A stretch of DNA of 63,512 nucleotides from Elusimicrobiota bacterium (GTDB taxonomy: Bacteria; Elusimicrobiota; Elusimicrobia; Elusimicrobiales; UBA9959), in assembly GCA_036574205.1 (NCBI GenBank), contig JAINCQ010000007.1, forward strand, positions 1 through 63,512. The letters run 5' to 3'. Below, one piece after another: positions 50,899-60,958 of the stretch. Both the position numbers and the translations under genes were made by a program. Numbering within the stretch: position 1 is the stretch's first letter; each line of letters starts with the position of its first letter. The notes below the pieces were generated by a model. The model had not been told where the DNA came from, did not search any database, and was given only the letters and a program-made list of their open reading frames with translations.

Positions 50899-52256
50899 TT
50901 TATTTTAATTGAAATCTTATTTCCATTTTTAGCAATTATTCCTTTCTTCCTTAAGTTAAACTTAAAGTATGGCGATTTTATGTCAAGTGAATTAAAAGAT
51001 TCTTTTCCACTATTAAATATTCTATTGTTATTGATTAAAATTTGAATATTATCAGACGGCAACAATATTCTATATATTTTATATGGGTTAAAGTCAAATT
51101 GAAGCTGATTTATAATTTGCGTGCCGGGTAGAAATTTGATATCACAAAAATTATTATGAAATTCAGATGAATCAACGATATCTAGTGGATGTAGGGATAA
51201 CAAATTACTCCACCTTGCTATTTTTAAATTCTCTATATCTATTACTGTTCCTTTTTCCAATAATTTACTTTTTTCCCTATTAATATTTCGATTTTTTATA
51301 TTCAATGATCTAGCTTCAGCAAGCATAGTCTTAAAATCATATCTCTTAAATATATCATCTAATTTAGAGCCCTCACCTTTTTCACACTCCTTCAATATCT
51401 CAAATGGAGAGTATCCCTGCTCTATTTTTATCTTCCAATCTATTTTATAATCATCTAATAAAATAATCTGAGATGTTCCACTGCCATAAAATCTTGAATA
51501 TGCATCCCATTTTTTACTGGTATTATCTAAAAGAGCAGTTAAAAAAACCATTCGTTTAAGTCCTAATTTTTCTGAAACTTTATAGGCAATATATTCTGCT
51601 GAGCCCTCAAATCTTTCCAGTGCCTCTTCCCATTTTATAATCTTCTTTTCCTCAAAACTATATCTATAATTTCTTACAGCGATAAAGTCACTAATGTGCT
51701 TTTTCCTGTTACCGAAATCAAGTATCGCTTTTGCAAGTATGGCATTTTCAAGAATTATTAGAGCAAGACTTTTATCTGAAACAATTGTTTCTCTGTATCT
51801 ATCCTCTGAATAATTATTGATATCCGGCATTTTAAAATATTTAGTTTGATAAAAATGAAAGCTTTCATGTATAAAATCAGATACAAAGAAATAATCTCCG
51901 TTGCTATAATTTATAAAAAAAACATCTTCATTATCTATTTTTACTATTTTTTGAAGTTCTACCACAGGGATCGGATTTTTATTTACAACACGAAGATTAT
52001 CATCATTTATACCTTTAATTTGAAGTTTAGGCAATGAATCTATTTTACCAAAAACAACACAACCTTCCCCCGCAAAACATATACCGCATTTATTGGTTTT
52101 TAAATCAAACCCTGGCCAGATTTCAGGAAGAAAATTATTTACTTCAATAATTCTATTTATTTCCTGACGATATAATTCAAATCCTGTTTCAGTTCTTTTA
52201 TCACAAGCAAAAATAAAAACTGCTAAAAACAAAAATATAAACTTTTTAAGTTTCAT
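50895..52256 (-). CDS. Lipoprotein gluzincin-like metallopeptidase (paralog 1)
   Basis: Lipobox-like IFAC; IHESFHFYQ, EGSAEYIA, FYGSG, LLDDYKIDWK. Confidence 0.65.
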   Translation of the reverse strand: MKLKKFIFLFLAVFIFACDKRTETGFELYRQEINRIIEVNNFLPEIWPGFDLKTNKCGICFAGEGCVVFGKIDSLPKLQIKGINDDNLRVVNKNPIPVVELQKIVKIDNEDVFFINYSNGDYFFVSDFIHESFHFYQTKYFKMPDINNYSEDRYRETIVSDKSLALIILENAILAKAILDFGNRKKHISDFIAVRNYRYSFEEKKIIKWEEALERFEGSAEYIAYKVSEKLGLKRMVFLTALLDNTSKKWDAYSRFYGSGTSQIILLDDYKIDWKIKIEQGYSPFEILKECEKGEGSKLDDIFKRYDFKTMLAEARSLNIKNRNINREKSKLLEKGTVIDIENLKIARWSNLLSLHPLDIVDSSEFHNNFCDIKFLPGTQIINQLQFDFNPYKIYRILLPSDNIQILINNNRIFNSGKESFNSLDIKSPYFKFNLRKKGIIAKNGNKISIKIK

Positions 52257-52305
52257 ATCTAATTATAGGGGTAACTTACCATCCTCTATCTAAAACAAAC
52301 ATTTA

Positions 52306-52908
52306 CTATCTACACTGTTCACCAGTTGGCTTGCAAGTAGTATCTGTCACCATCATTCCGCAAACTGGCTTTTCTACTATCATCGGTCCGTGGGGTCCTG
52401 TTACCCACTGCTGTTCTACCCAACATCCATAACAATGAGTAAAAACACACTTATATTCTTCTTTTCCAACACAACCATAATAGTGTGTCTGAACACAGGG
52501 TTCTTTAGCTCCTGTTGCTACAAAATTATCCCATCTTTTATCCACAATAGATTTTATTACCAGAAACTCTATTTTGCTTATTCTCTGATTAACAGAATAA
52601 ATTTTATTCTCTTTATCTATAGCTATCTGATATCTTGCATCTCCTATTTTTACAGGAAACTCTTCAGATATATTTATCTTTTCATATGCCTTACCTGCTT
52701 CATCATAAAACACTTTGATATCGGTATTTACTATGGTAGGTGTTATATTTAACTCAATATTTTCTAACGGAAGATTGCTTTTAATTGAGTTAATATAACT
52801 TTGAGTTTTAATATTTCTCTCAAAGTTTACTTTTATCTCTTCGGCATTTATATAAGAGAGCATTGTTACTGCTATAATTGATAATATTAATATTTTAGCA
52901 TTTTTTAT
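52306..52908 (-). CDS. Secreted protein with C-terminal 8-Cys domain (start uncertain)
   Basis: Frame stays open upstream of ATG 52863 to ATA 52908, giving (M)KNAKILILSIIAVTMLSYINA-EE behind SD AAGGAGG; last 65 aa hold 8 Cys. Confidence 0.7.
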   Translation of the reverse strand: MKNAKILILSIIAVTMLSYINAEEIKVNFERNIKTQSYINSIKSNLPLENIELNITPTIVNTDIKVFYDEAGKAYEKINISEEFPVKIGDARYQIAIDKENKIYSVNQRISKIEFLVIKSIVDKRWDNFVATGAKEPCVQTHYYGCVGKEEYKCVFTHCYGCWVEQQWVTGPHGPMIVEKPVCGMMVTDTTCKPTGEQCR

Positions 52909-52956
52909 TTACCCTCCTTATTTTTTGATACTTAGCAATATACTCATTACAGTTTA

Positions 52957-52987
52957 ATCATATCATTTTTTTTTTTTTAAATGTCAA
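52957..52987 (-). promoter_or_regulatory. Sigma70-like promoter with an A13 tract in the spacer
   Basis: TTGACA-TTT(A13)TGA-TATGAT; 19-nt spacer; extended -10 TGn. Confidence 0.6.
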
Positions 52988-53134
52988 TATTCTGTAAGAC
53001 ATATCACTAATTTTAAACTGTAAGGTTAGATTTATCTTATTTCCAAGTTTTCCACCTTTATAAGTTTTCAAGAAATCACAGGAAAATTAATAGTCTATTT
53101 GTTTGATCTGGAGTAACAACTAAATTCCTTTTTT

Positions 53135-53143
53135 TGTTATAAT
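53135..53143 (+). promoter_or_regulatory. Extended -10 element of the phoB-like gene (leaderless candidate)
   Basis: TGTTATAAT 6 nt before ATG 53150; no SD. Confidence 0.6.
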
Positions 53144-53149
53144 GAAAAT

Positions 53150-53854
53150 ATGACCAGCATATTAATAGTTGAAGATGAAATTGATATAGCTAAAACAATT
53201 GAGTTTAATTTAAAAAAAGAAGGCTTTACAACAATTATTGCAAAAGATGGCGAAGAAGCAATAGAAAAAATTAAAAAAGAAAAAATATGTATTATTATTT
53301 TAGATATAATGATTCCAAGAATAAATGGTTATCAAGTTCTAAAACATATAAAATCTGATGAAAAAACTAAAAATATACCTGTAATAATATTAACAGCTAA
53401 AAGTGAAGAGTTTGATAAACTTTTAGGTTTTGAGTTTGGTGCAGATGATTATATTACAAAACCTTTTAGTGTAAAAGAACTTGTTGCAAGGATAAAAGCC
53501 ATACTAAAAAGATATGAGAATATAGATAAAAAAAATAATGAGAAAATATTTAAATTAAAAGATTTAATTGTTGATTTTGAAAGGAAAAAACTGGTTATAG
53601 GCAATAGAGAGATAAAATTAACTGTAAAGGAATTTATGATATTTGAATTTTTTATAAACTCAAATGGGAAAATAATTACCAAGGATTCTTTATTTGAAAA
53701 CGTATGGGGAATAGATAAAAATCTTGAGATAGATACAAGAACAATTGATGTTCATATAATGAATTTGAGAAAAAAGCTTGGCAGATATGGAGATTTAATT
53801 AAAACTGTAAAAGGATTTGGATGGAGATTTGAAAGTAATGTTAAAGGTCTTTAA
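53150..53854 (+). CDS. phoB: PhoB/PhoP-family response regulator
   Basis: ILDIMIP, LTAKSEE, GADDYITKPFS, TRTIDVHI; next to phoR and the pst operon. Confidence 0.85.
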   Translation: MTSILIVEDEIDIAKTIEFNLKKEGFTTIIAKDGEEAIEKIKKEKICIIILDIMIPRINGYQVLKHIKSDEKTKNIPVIILTAKSEEFDKLLGFEFGADDYITKPFSVKELVARIKAILKRYENIDKKNNEKIFKLKDLIVDFERKKLVIGNREIKLTVKEFMIFEFFINSNGKIITKDSLFENVWGIDKNLEIDTRTIDVHIMNLRKKLGRYGDLIKTVKGFGWRFESNVKGL

Positions 53855-55550
53855 AAATAAGATAATTATTTTTTTTCTTTTTTCTATTTTAATAGCATCT
53901 TTTCTTTTTCTAACATTAACATTTAATATATTTAAAAGAGAAGTTATTGCAAACACTAAAAAAGAACTTTCAGATATAACAGATTATATTGAAATACTGC
54001 TTAAAGAAAAATTAGATATTGAAAAAATTCATAAAACTATAAAGAAATCCTTTAACTTAAGGATAACATTAATTGATAAAGAAGGAATTGTTTTTTTCGA
54101 TTCTGAGGTTAAAAAAGAAAATTTAAAATATTTAGAAAATCATAGATTACGCCCTGAGGTTATTGCGGCAGTAGGAGCAAAAGATAGTTTTAGTATAAGA
54201 AAATCTCCCACACTTAAATTAGATATGATGTATTATGCAAAAATCATAAATTTTAATGGCAGAGACATAATTCTTAGAACTGCAATAGATTTTAAAGAAA
54301 TAGAAAAAAGAATTAACAAGGTGAGAAATAAAATAATTATATATTTTTTAGTTATAATAGTAATTATAATTACTACCGGGATTTATCTTATCTCAAAAAT
54401 AACATATCCATTTGAGAAAATAATATATGCCTCAAAAGAGTTTGCAAAAGGGAATTTTTCATATAGAATTTTTATAGATTTTAAAGGAGAACTAAAAAAA
54501 CTTGCCCAAACCTTAAATAGTATGGCTAAAAACATTGAAAATATGTTAGGGAATCTTCACAGTAAGAATATTTATCTTAAAATGCTTTTAGATAACATAA
54601 ATGCAGCCATATGTATGATTGATGAAACAAATAAAGTAATTAGTATAAATAAAAGATTTTTAGATATATTCAAGATCTCAGAAACTGAATACAAAGACTT
54701 TCATACATTTTGCTCTGAAAGCACAATTATAAAAAACATTTATAAGGCAAGAGAATTTAAAACTTTAATTAACACCGAAATTAAATTAGATTTAGACAAT
54801 AGATTCTATTATTTAACAATAATACCAGTTGAGAAAAACATAATTATAATTTTATACGACATAAATGAGATAAAGCAGATAGAACTTATAAAGAAAGAGC
54901 TTTTTGCAAATATATCTCATGAATTTAAAACCCCAATAACTGTAATAAAATCAAATATTGAAACAATTCTATCAAATGATATGGATAAAAAAACTTTAAA
55001 AGAGTTTCTTTTAGCCATTGATAAACATGCAACAAGATTAACTGAACTTACAAAAGATATAATTGAACTTAATTTTATAGAATCAGGAAAAATAAACTTA
55101 GAAATAAAAGAAATAATTTTAAAAGAATTTATTGATAAGATTGCTACTTATTTCAAGCAGTTTATTAATATGAGAAACATTAAATTTATAAATGATGTAA
55201 ATAAGGATATAAAAATTTTTGCAGATGAGTGGGTAATGGAAAAAGTTTTTGCCAATCTTTTTGATAACGCAATAAAATTTAACAAGGAAAATGGTTATAT
55301 AAAATGCTACACTATCAAAAACGAGAAACTTAAAATAATATTTGAAAATAGCGGGCAAAAGATAAAAGAGGAGGATATTGAAAGAATATTTGAAAGATTT
55401 TATAAATCAGATAAATCAAGAACTACCGCCTCAAAAGGGAGCGGGCTTGGATTAGCCATAGTGAAACATTCTTTAAATCTCCATAATAGTCATATCAAAG
55501 CCGAAAACTTCGAAGAAGGGGTTAGATTTATAATAACCTTAAATGGCTAA
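53838..55550 (+). CDS. phoR: PhoR-family sensor histidine kinase
   Basis: TM-sensor (ENHRLRPEV)-TM-HAMP-PAS, NISHEFKTP, NLFDNAIKF, IFERFY, GSGLGLAIVKH. Confidence 0.88.
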   Translation: MLKVFKNKIIIFFLFSILIASFLFLTLTFNIFKREVIANTKKELSDITDYIEILLKEKLDIEKIHKTIKKSFNLRITLIDKEGIVFFDSEVKKENLKYLENHRLRPEVIAAVGAKDSFSIRKSPTLKLDMMYYAKIINFNGRDIILRTAIDFKEIEKRINKVRNKIIIYFLVIIVIIITTGIYLISKITYPFEKIIYASKEFAKGNFSYRIFIDFKGELKKLAQTLNSMAKNIENMLGNLHSKNIYLKMLLDNINAAICMIDETNKVISINKRFLDIFKISETEYKDFHTFCSESTIIKNIYKAREFKTLINTEIKLDLDNRFYYLTIIPVEKNIIIILYDINEIKQIELIKKELFANISHEFKTPITVIKSNIETILSNDMDKKTLKEFLLAIDKHATRLTELTKDIIELNFIESGKINLEIKEIILKEFIDKIATYFKQFINMRNIKFINDVNKDIKIFADEWVMEKVFANLFDNAIKFNKENGYIKCYTIKNEKLKIIFENSGQKIKEEDIERIFERFYKSDKSRTTASKGSGLGLAIVKHSLNLHNSHIKAENFEEGVRFIITLNG

Positions 55551-56212
55551 AACTCTTCGTTATGATGTTTAACTGTCTTTGATGAAATCATATATATAAT
55601 ATCCTCAGCTATATTTACACAATGATCCCCTATTCTTTCAAGATGTTTTGCAACAAAAATAAGAGATATCCAGGCATCAGCATTTTGAATATCTTTTTTT
55701 ATATATCTTTCAACTATACTAAGATAAATTTTATTTTTTAAGATATCAATCTCTTCATCCCTTATTATAATTTTCTTCGCAAGCTCATAATCTTTTTCAT
55801 TGAAAGACTTAAGACAATCAAAAAGCACATTATTAACTATGTCAAACATTGTTTTTATATCATCAAGAGGCATAAAAAAATTCCTATCAGAAATTTCAAT
55901 AACTCTCTGACATATATTTACACCAAGATCCGCAATTCTTTCAAGTTCATTTGCCATTTTAATCGCTGATAGAACAAATCTTAAATCTTTTGCAAGCGGA
56001 TGATGCCTTAAAATTATCTCCGTACATTTATCCTCTATTATTATTTCAAGTCTATCAACTTCTTCATCAGATTCTATTATCTTTTTCGCTTTTTCCACAT
56101 CTTTTTCCTTTAAAGCATCATAACTTTCCTGTATCATTTTCCTTGTTAAAACTGTCATTTTTATTATATCAGATTTAACCTCTTCTATCTCATTTTCAAA
56201 ATATCTATACAT
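55547..56212 (-). CDS. phoU: Phosphate signalling protein PhoU
   Basis: PLAKDLR, LERIAD, LERIGDHCVNIAE. Confidence 0.94.
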   Translation of the reverse strand: MYRYFENEIEEVKSDIIKMTVLTRKMIQESYDALKEKDVEKAKKIIESDEEVDRLEIIIEDKCTEIILRHHPLAKDLRFVLSAIKMANELERIADLGVNICQRVIEISDRNFFMPLDDIKTMFDIVNNVLFDCLKSFNEKDYELAKKIIIRDEEIDILKNKIYLSIVERYIKKDIQNADAWISLIFVAKHLERIGDHCVNIAEDIIYMISSKTVKHHNEEF

Positions 56213-56221
56213 CTTACCTCC

Positions 56222-57028
56222 TTAACCAAATCTTCCAGTTATATAATCCTCTGTTCTTTTATCCTGTGGATTTTCAAATATTTTTTTTGTTTCATTATAT
56301 TCTATTAACTCGCCCATTAAAAAAAATGCTGTATAATCCGCTACCCTGAGCGCCTGTTGCATATTATGAGTAACTATAACAACTGTATAGTCTTTTTTTA
56401 GTTCAATTATTAATTCTTCAATTTTACCAGTAGATATTGGATCAAGGCTTGCGCATGGTTCATCAAATAAAATTATTTCAGGATTTATTGCAACACATCT
56501 TGCTATGCAAAGCCTTTGTTGTTGTCCCCCAGAAAGAGACAGAGCGCTTTCTTTAAGTCTATCTTTAACCTCATCAAATAAGGCTGATCTTTTTAAAGAC
56601 TCTATAACTTTTTTTTCAATCTCTATTGAACTATTCCATCCATTTATTTTAAGACCGTATGCAACATTTTCATATATACTTTTTGGGAATGGATTAGGTT
56701 TTTGAAAAACCATACCAACCTTTCTTCTTATCTCAACAGGATTTATATTTTTATCAAAAATATTTTTCCCATCAATAAGGATTTCACCTTCAACTCTTGA
56801 ATTAATCACAAAATCATTCATTCTATTCAAAAGTCTTATAAAAGTAGATTTACCACATCCACTTGGACCAATTATTGCAGTAACCTTTTTTGAAAACATA
56901 TCAATATTTATATTTTTAAAAGCGTGTTTTTCCCCATAATAAAAATTTAAATTTCTAACACTTATTTTAACGCTACTTTGAGTTTTTAAGTTATCCCCCT
57001 CATTCTTATTAGTGTCCAATTTTATCAT
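56222..57028 (-). CDS. pstB: Phosphate ABC transporter ATPase
   Basis: [42 protein letters not shown]. Confidence 0.96.
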   Translation of the reverse strand: MIKLDTNKNEGDNLKTQSSVKISVRNLNFYYGEKHAFKNINIDMFSKKVTAIIGPSGCGKSTFIRLLNRMNDFVINSRVEGEILIDGKNIFDKNINPVEIRRKVGMVFQKPNPFPKSIYENVAYGLKINGWNSSIEIEKKVIESLKRSALFDEVKDRLKESALSLSGGQQQRLCIARCVAINPEIILFDEPCASLDPISTGKIEELIIELKKDYTVVIVTHNMQQALRVADYTAFFLMGELIEYNETKKIFENPQDKRTEDYITGRFG

Positions 57029-57875
57029 AAATCCTCCTGCTTTTTTCTCTCACATAAAAAGCAACTCCCGATAATAATATTACAACTCCCAGTAAAACCA
57101 AAGAACTCCCATAAGCTATGGGGACCTGTTTTTCGGGATGAGTCCCTTCACTTATAAGCGCATAAATATGATATGGAAGTGCCATAACCTCTGAAAAAAT
57201 TGAATCTGGTAATTCAGGCATATAAAAAACTGCTGCTGTAAAAAGTATGGGAGCAGTTTCACCGGCTGCTCTTGCCAGACTCAATACAATTCCTGTTATA
57301 ATGGATGGCAGGGCAATTGGAAGTAAAACATTTCTTATGGTATACCACTTTGTCGCACCTAAAGCCATAGACGCCTCTCTTAAAGAGTTTGGTATAGCTT
57401 TAAGAGCCTCAAGGGTTGATGATATAATAAGTGGTAATATAACAACTGATAAAGTTAAAGCGCCAGAAAGCAAAGAAACTCCAAATTTAAAGTAATTTAC
57501 AAAAACTCCAAGTCCAAAAAGCCCATATACAACTGATGGAACAGAAGCAAGATTATTTATACTTACCTTTATAAAATCAACTAAAAAACCTTTATTAGCA
57601 TATTCATTGAGATATATTGATGTCGCAATCCCGGGAATAATAGCAATTATAACACTCAGAAAGGTAAGATAAAAACTTCCAACAATAGCTGGCAAAACTC
57701 CACCTTCAGTCATAGAGTTTGAAGGATGTTTGGTTAAAAAATCAAGGTTTATTACACTAATTCCTTTAACAAATATATACCCGATCAGATAAAAAACTAT
57801 AAATACACCAATTAAAGTAAAAATTTTAATCATTGAAATACCAATAAAACTTTTAAATCCTTTACTAATTTTCAT
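57009..57875 (-). CDS. pstA: Phosphate ABC transporter permease
   Basis: [30 protein letters not shown]. Confidence 0.93.
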   Translation of the reverse strand: MKISKGFKSFIGISMIKIFTLIGVFIVFYLIGYIFVKGISVINLDFLTKHPSNSMTEGGVLPAIVGSFYLTFLSVIIAIIPGIATSIYLNEYANKGFLVDFIKVSINNLASVPSVVYGLFGLGVFVNYFKFGVSLLSGALTLSVVILPLIISSTLEALKAIPNSLREASMALGATKWYTIRNVLLPIALPSIITGIVLSLARAAGETAPILFTAAVFYMPELPDSIFSEVMALPYHIYALISEGTHPEKQVPIAYGSSLVLLGVVILLSGVAFYVREKSRRIYDKIGH

Positions 57876-58789
57876 CTTGACCTTCCAAGTTGTATTTGAA
57901 ACTTCTTTGTAAAAACTTGAGCAATTATATTTAATACTGAGGTTATAATTAAAAGAAAAAAGCCTGCTGCAAAAAGAGCATGATAATGTAGAGATCCATA
58001 AGATGCCTCTCCCATCTCACTGGCTATAGCGGCTGTTACCGGTCTTACTGGTTCAAAAATTGAAAATTCTATTATAGCAGAGCCACCGGCAACCATTAAA
58101 ACAACCATAGTTTCACCAATAACCCTTCCAATACTTAATATAATTGCATTTATTATTCCAGAAGATGCCGCGGGTATTATAATGTGTATTATAGTTTCCC
58201 ATTTATTTGCTCCAACAGCATATGATGCTTCCTTAAATGAAACTGGAACGAAATTAAAAGCATCTTCAAAAAGTGTTGTCATTATCGGTATTACCATTAT
58301 AGCAAGTACTATTGAAGCGGTTAAAACATTAAAACCAAAAGATAAATTAAAAATTTTAGAAATCAAAGGAGCAAGGAATGTAGCCCCCCACAATCCATAA
58401 ATGACAGATGGTATTGCAGCAAGAATTTCTATAAGAGGCTTTAAAAATCTTTTAATTTTTTTCGGAGCTATCTCATTTATATAAATTGCAGTTGGAAGTG
58501 ATATTAGAATAGCTATTATTACAGAAAGTATTGTTACAAAAATGCTTCCCCATATAAGAGGAAACATACCAAAAGAAGCAGGTTCACAGGTCGGATACCA
58601 TTCTTTTCCAAAGATCATCTCTTTAATTGATATTTCTTTAAATACCGGTATTGATTCATAAATTAAAGTATAAAATACTCCAGAAAGAAAAATTATGGAA
58701 GAAAAAGATAAAACTCTTATTAAAAATTCTATAATTTTCTCTTTTCTTTCTGTTTTTTTTATTTCTTCCCTGAGCAAACTTTCTATCAT
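57872..58789 (-). CDS. pstC: Phosphate ABC transporter permease
   Basis: IPSVIYGLWG, GRVIGETMVVLMV, IASEMGE. Confidence 0.93.
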   Translation of the reverse strand: MIESLLREEIKKTERKEKIIEFLIRVLSFSSIIFLSGVFYTLIYESIPVFKEISIKEMIFGKEWYPTCEPASFGMFPLIWGSIFVTILSVIIAILISLPTAIYINEIAPKKIKRFLKPLIEILAAIPSVIYGLWGATFLAPLISKIFNLSFGFNVLTASIVLAIMVIPIMTTLFEDAFNFVPVSFKEASYAVGANKWETIIHIIIPAASSGIINAIILSIGRVIGETMVVLMVAGGSAIIEFSIFEPVRPVTAAIASEMGEASYGSLHYHALFAAGFFLLIITSVLNIIAQVFTKKFQIQLGRSR

Positions 58790-58797
58790 ATGCTAAA

Positions 58798-58826
58798 ATT
58801 CGAGGGGGGAAGTCCCCCCCTCGAAT
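58798..58826. repeat. Perfect 12-bp GC-rich inverted repeat between pstS and pstC
   Basis: ATTCGAGGGGGG-AAGTC-CCCCCCTCGAAT. Confidence 0.85.
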
Positions 58827-58833
58827 AACAATC

Positions 58834-59661
58834 CTATTTTTTTTCTCTAATTGAAAGGTATCCGACCTCTTCTACAATATTCTGCCCTTTCTCTGATTTT
58901 ACAAAATCAATAAGTTTTCTAACCTCTTCACGAGGATTTTTAAGTGTATACATAAAAAGAGGTCTTGAAAGTTTATACTTTCCGCTAACAATATTTTCTT
59001 TTGTCGGTTCAACCCCATCATATTTAACTGCTTTTACCCCATCCCTCAAATAACCAAAGCCAATATATCCTATAGCAGTTTCAGTTTTTGATACCATATT
59101 AAAAACTCCCTGATTACTTGCCTGCATTAAAGCATCAGGTCTTACTCTTTTTTTATCAAGGGCAAGTTCACTAAAAGCTTCATATGTTCCACTTGCGCTA
59201 TCCCTTGAAACAACAACTATCTTTTTATCTTCTCCTCCAAGTTCTTTCCAGTTTTTTATCTTACCGGTATATATATCTATAATTTGAGCCTTAGTTATAT
59301 TTTCAATTTTATTTAGAGGATGAACAACCACCACTATCCCGTCAATAGCAATAATATTTGTTTTTATACCTTTCCCCTTTTTATTTGCGTTTTCAAGTTC
59401 TTTTGTTTTTATGGATCTTGAAGCATCTGCTATATCACAGTTACCATCAATGAGTGAAGTTATGCCAACCCCACTTCCACCACCTTTAACTATTACCTGT
59501 ATATGACTATTTATTTTCATATATTCTTCCGCAACCTTTTGGGCAATAGGAAGAACTGTTGTTGAACCCTCCATAATTATTTTTTCTTTTGCACAAGCGC
59601 TAACTAAAAATATAGATAGCGCCGTAAAAATAACCATCATGTTTTTAATGTATTTTATCAT
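58834..59661 (-). CDS. pstS: Phosphate ABC transporter substrate-binding protein
   Basis: GSTTVLP, GGGSGVG, SRDSASGT, LSRPLFMY; lipobox-like VSAC. Confidence 0.94.
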   Translation of the reverse strand: MIKYIKNMMVIFTALSIFLVSACAKEKIIMEGSTTVLPIAQKVAEEYMKINSHIQVIVKGGGSGVGITSLIDGNCDIADASRSIKTKELENANKKGKGIKTNIIAIDGIVVVVHPLNKIENITKAQIIDIYTGKIKNWKELGGEDKKIVVVSRDSASGTYEAFSELALDKKRVRPDALMQASNQGVFNMVSKTETAIGYIGFGYLRDGVKAVKYDGVEPTKENIVSGKYKLSRPLFMYTLKNPREEVRKLIDFVKSEKGQNIVEEVGYLSIREKK

Positions 59662-59670
59662 ATTACCTCC

Positions 59671-60921
59671 TTAAAACTTTACATTAAGATCTACCTGAAA
59701 AACTTCTTCTTTTTTATCGCTGGTTTTAAAAGATCTGGTTAAGAAGTAACTTGAAGTTAAATTAAAATTTTCTCCAAGCCCGTAGATGAATGTATATTTT
59801 GAACCATAAACTTGAGTTTTCCCTCCATAAAAATCAGAGTCTGGATAGCAATCAACCCATGCATCTTTTTTAAGTTCCCTGTAGTTATATCCTATTTGAA
59901 ATTCACCAGAGTTTGTAATCTTTTCATTTCCTATCTTAACACCAATAATATAACCTTCATTATCTTTTTTAATTAAAATATTTTTAACATAATTAGCATT
60001 TATAGCAATATAGTTAATTGAAAGAGGTGTAAAAGGAATTTTTATATTATTTTGAATATTAGATTCCAGCAGCAAGTCTAAAGATATGACATCATAGTCG
60101 TATTTATATGTTGTAGTTGAGGGTAGAGGAGTAGAGTTGGTTTTAGTTGCATAATCAAGCAATTTTGAGTTTTTTACATCTTTAAAATCATAAAATGAAA
60201 AAGCAAACTTTAATTTTTTAAAATTTTCTTCATCCCTTAATTTCAAATAAGTTTGAGAAAAAAGGAGATAAGGATCATTTGAATTATCTTTTATCTCATT
60301 TAAATTAAATCTTCCAGCTCCCAAAAATAAAGAAAAATTAGAATTAAATGCCTTTTCCGCTTTTAAAAAATATCCTTCAGGGTTTATATCTCCATCAAAA
60401 ATCATATCATTTGTCATCCACAATGGATTTTTCATTTTTCCCGCCAGAAAGGTTAAAAAACTAAATGGATAATATTCAAAGTAAGCATAATCTAAATAAA
60501 CCCCTTTTTTCGAGAAGTTCTTGGTAAAAGTTTGATTCGTACTTTTAGGATTATCATCCTCGCCTGTTGCAAAACCAATATTTGCATAAACCTTATCACT
60601 TGCTTTTGCATTAAGATACGCTCTTGCTCTAATTCTTTCTCTGGATCTTATATAACTAACATCATCATTATCTATTTCCTCATGCCTTATTCTTATATCT
60701 CCCCCCAAAGAAATACTTTGAAGCCATAAAGGTAGTGTTTTATGAAGGCGATTTGTAATTTCAAATACAGTTTGTTCACTCCCTTCATATTTTACCTCAC
60801 TTGCCTCATATCCACTTATAACACCTTTTTCAACAAGCTTGTCTAAAAGAATATCAATCTCTGATGAGTTTAGACAAGCGGAGTAAACAACAATTATAAA
60901 AAAAGAAACTAACTTTTTCAT
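59671..60921 (-). CDS. Putative porin (Porin_5-like), probable phosphate-starvation porin
   Basis: LLDKLVEKGVIS, GDIRIRHE, RERIRAR, STNQT, DGDINPEG, terminal FQVDLNVKF; first gene of the pst operon. Confidence 0.8.
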   Translation of the reverse strand: MKKLVSFFIIVVYSACLNSSEIDILLDKLVEKGVISGYEASEVKYEGSEQTVFEITNRLHKTLPLWLQSISLGGDIRIRHEEIDNDDVSYIRSRERIRARAYLNAKASDKVYANIGFATGEDDNPKSTNQTFTKNFSKKGVYLDYAYFEYYPFSFLTFLAGKMKNPLWMTNDMIFDGDINPEGYFLKAEKAFNSNFSLFLGAGRFNLNEIKDNSNDPYLLFSQTYLKLRDEENFKKLKFAFSFYDFKDVKNSKLLDYATKTNSTPLPSTTTYKYDYDVISLDLLLESNIQNNIKIPFTPLSINYIAINANYVKNILIKKDNEGYIIGVKIGNEKITNSGEFQIGYNYRELKKDAWVDCYPDSDFYGGKTQVYGSKYTFIYGLGENFNLTSSYFLTRSFKTSDKKEEVFQVDLNVKF

Positions 60922-60958
60922 CTTTTCCTTCTTTTTTTATTTTTCTCCATACAATTAG

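Noticed and set aside
1160..60729. Many short ORFs in the track antisense to or nested in long genes (e.g. 1160-1459, 6427-6759, 23909-24403, 28056-28511, 52390-52752)
   Set aside because: They overlap well-supported genes, have Ser/Ile/Phe-rich shadow composition and no recognisable motifs
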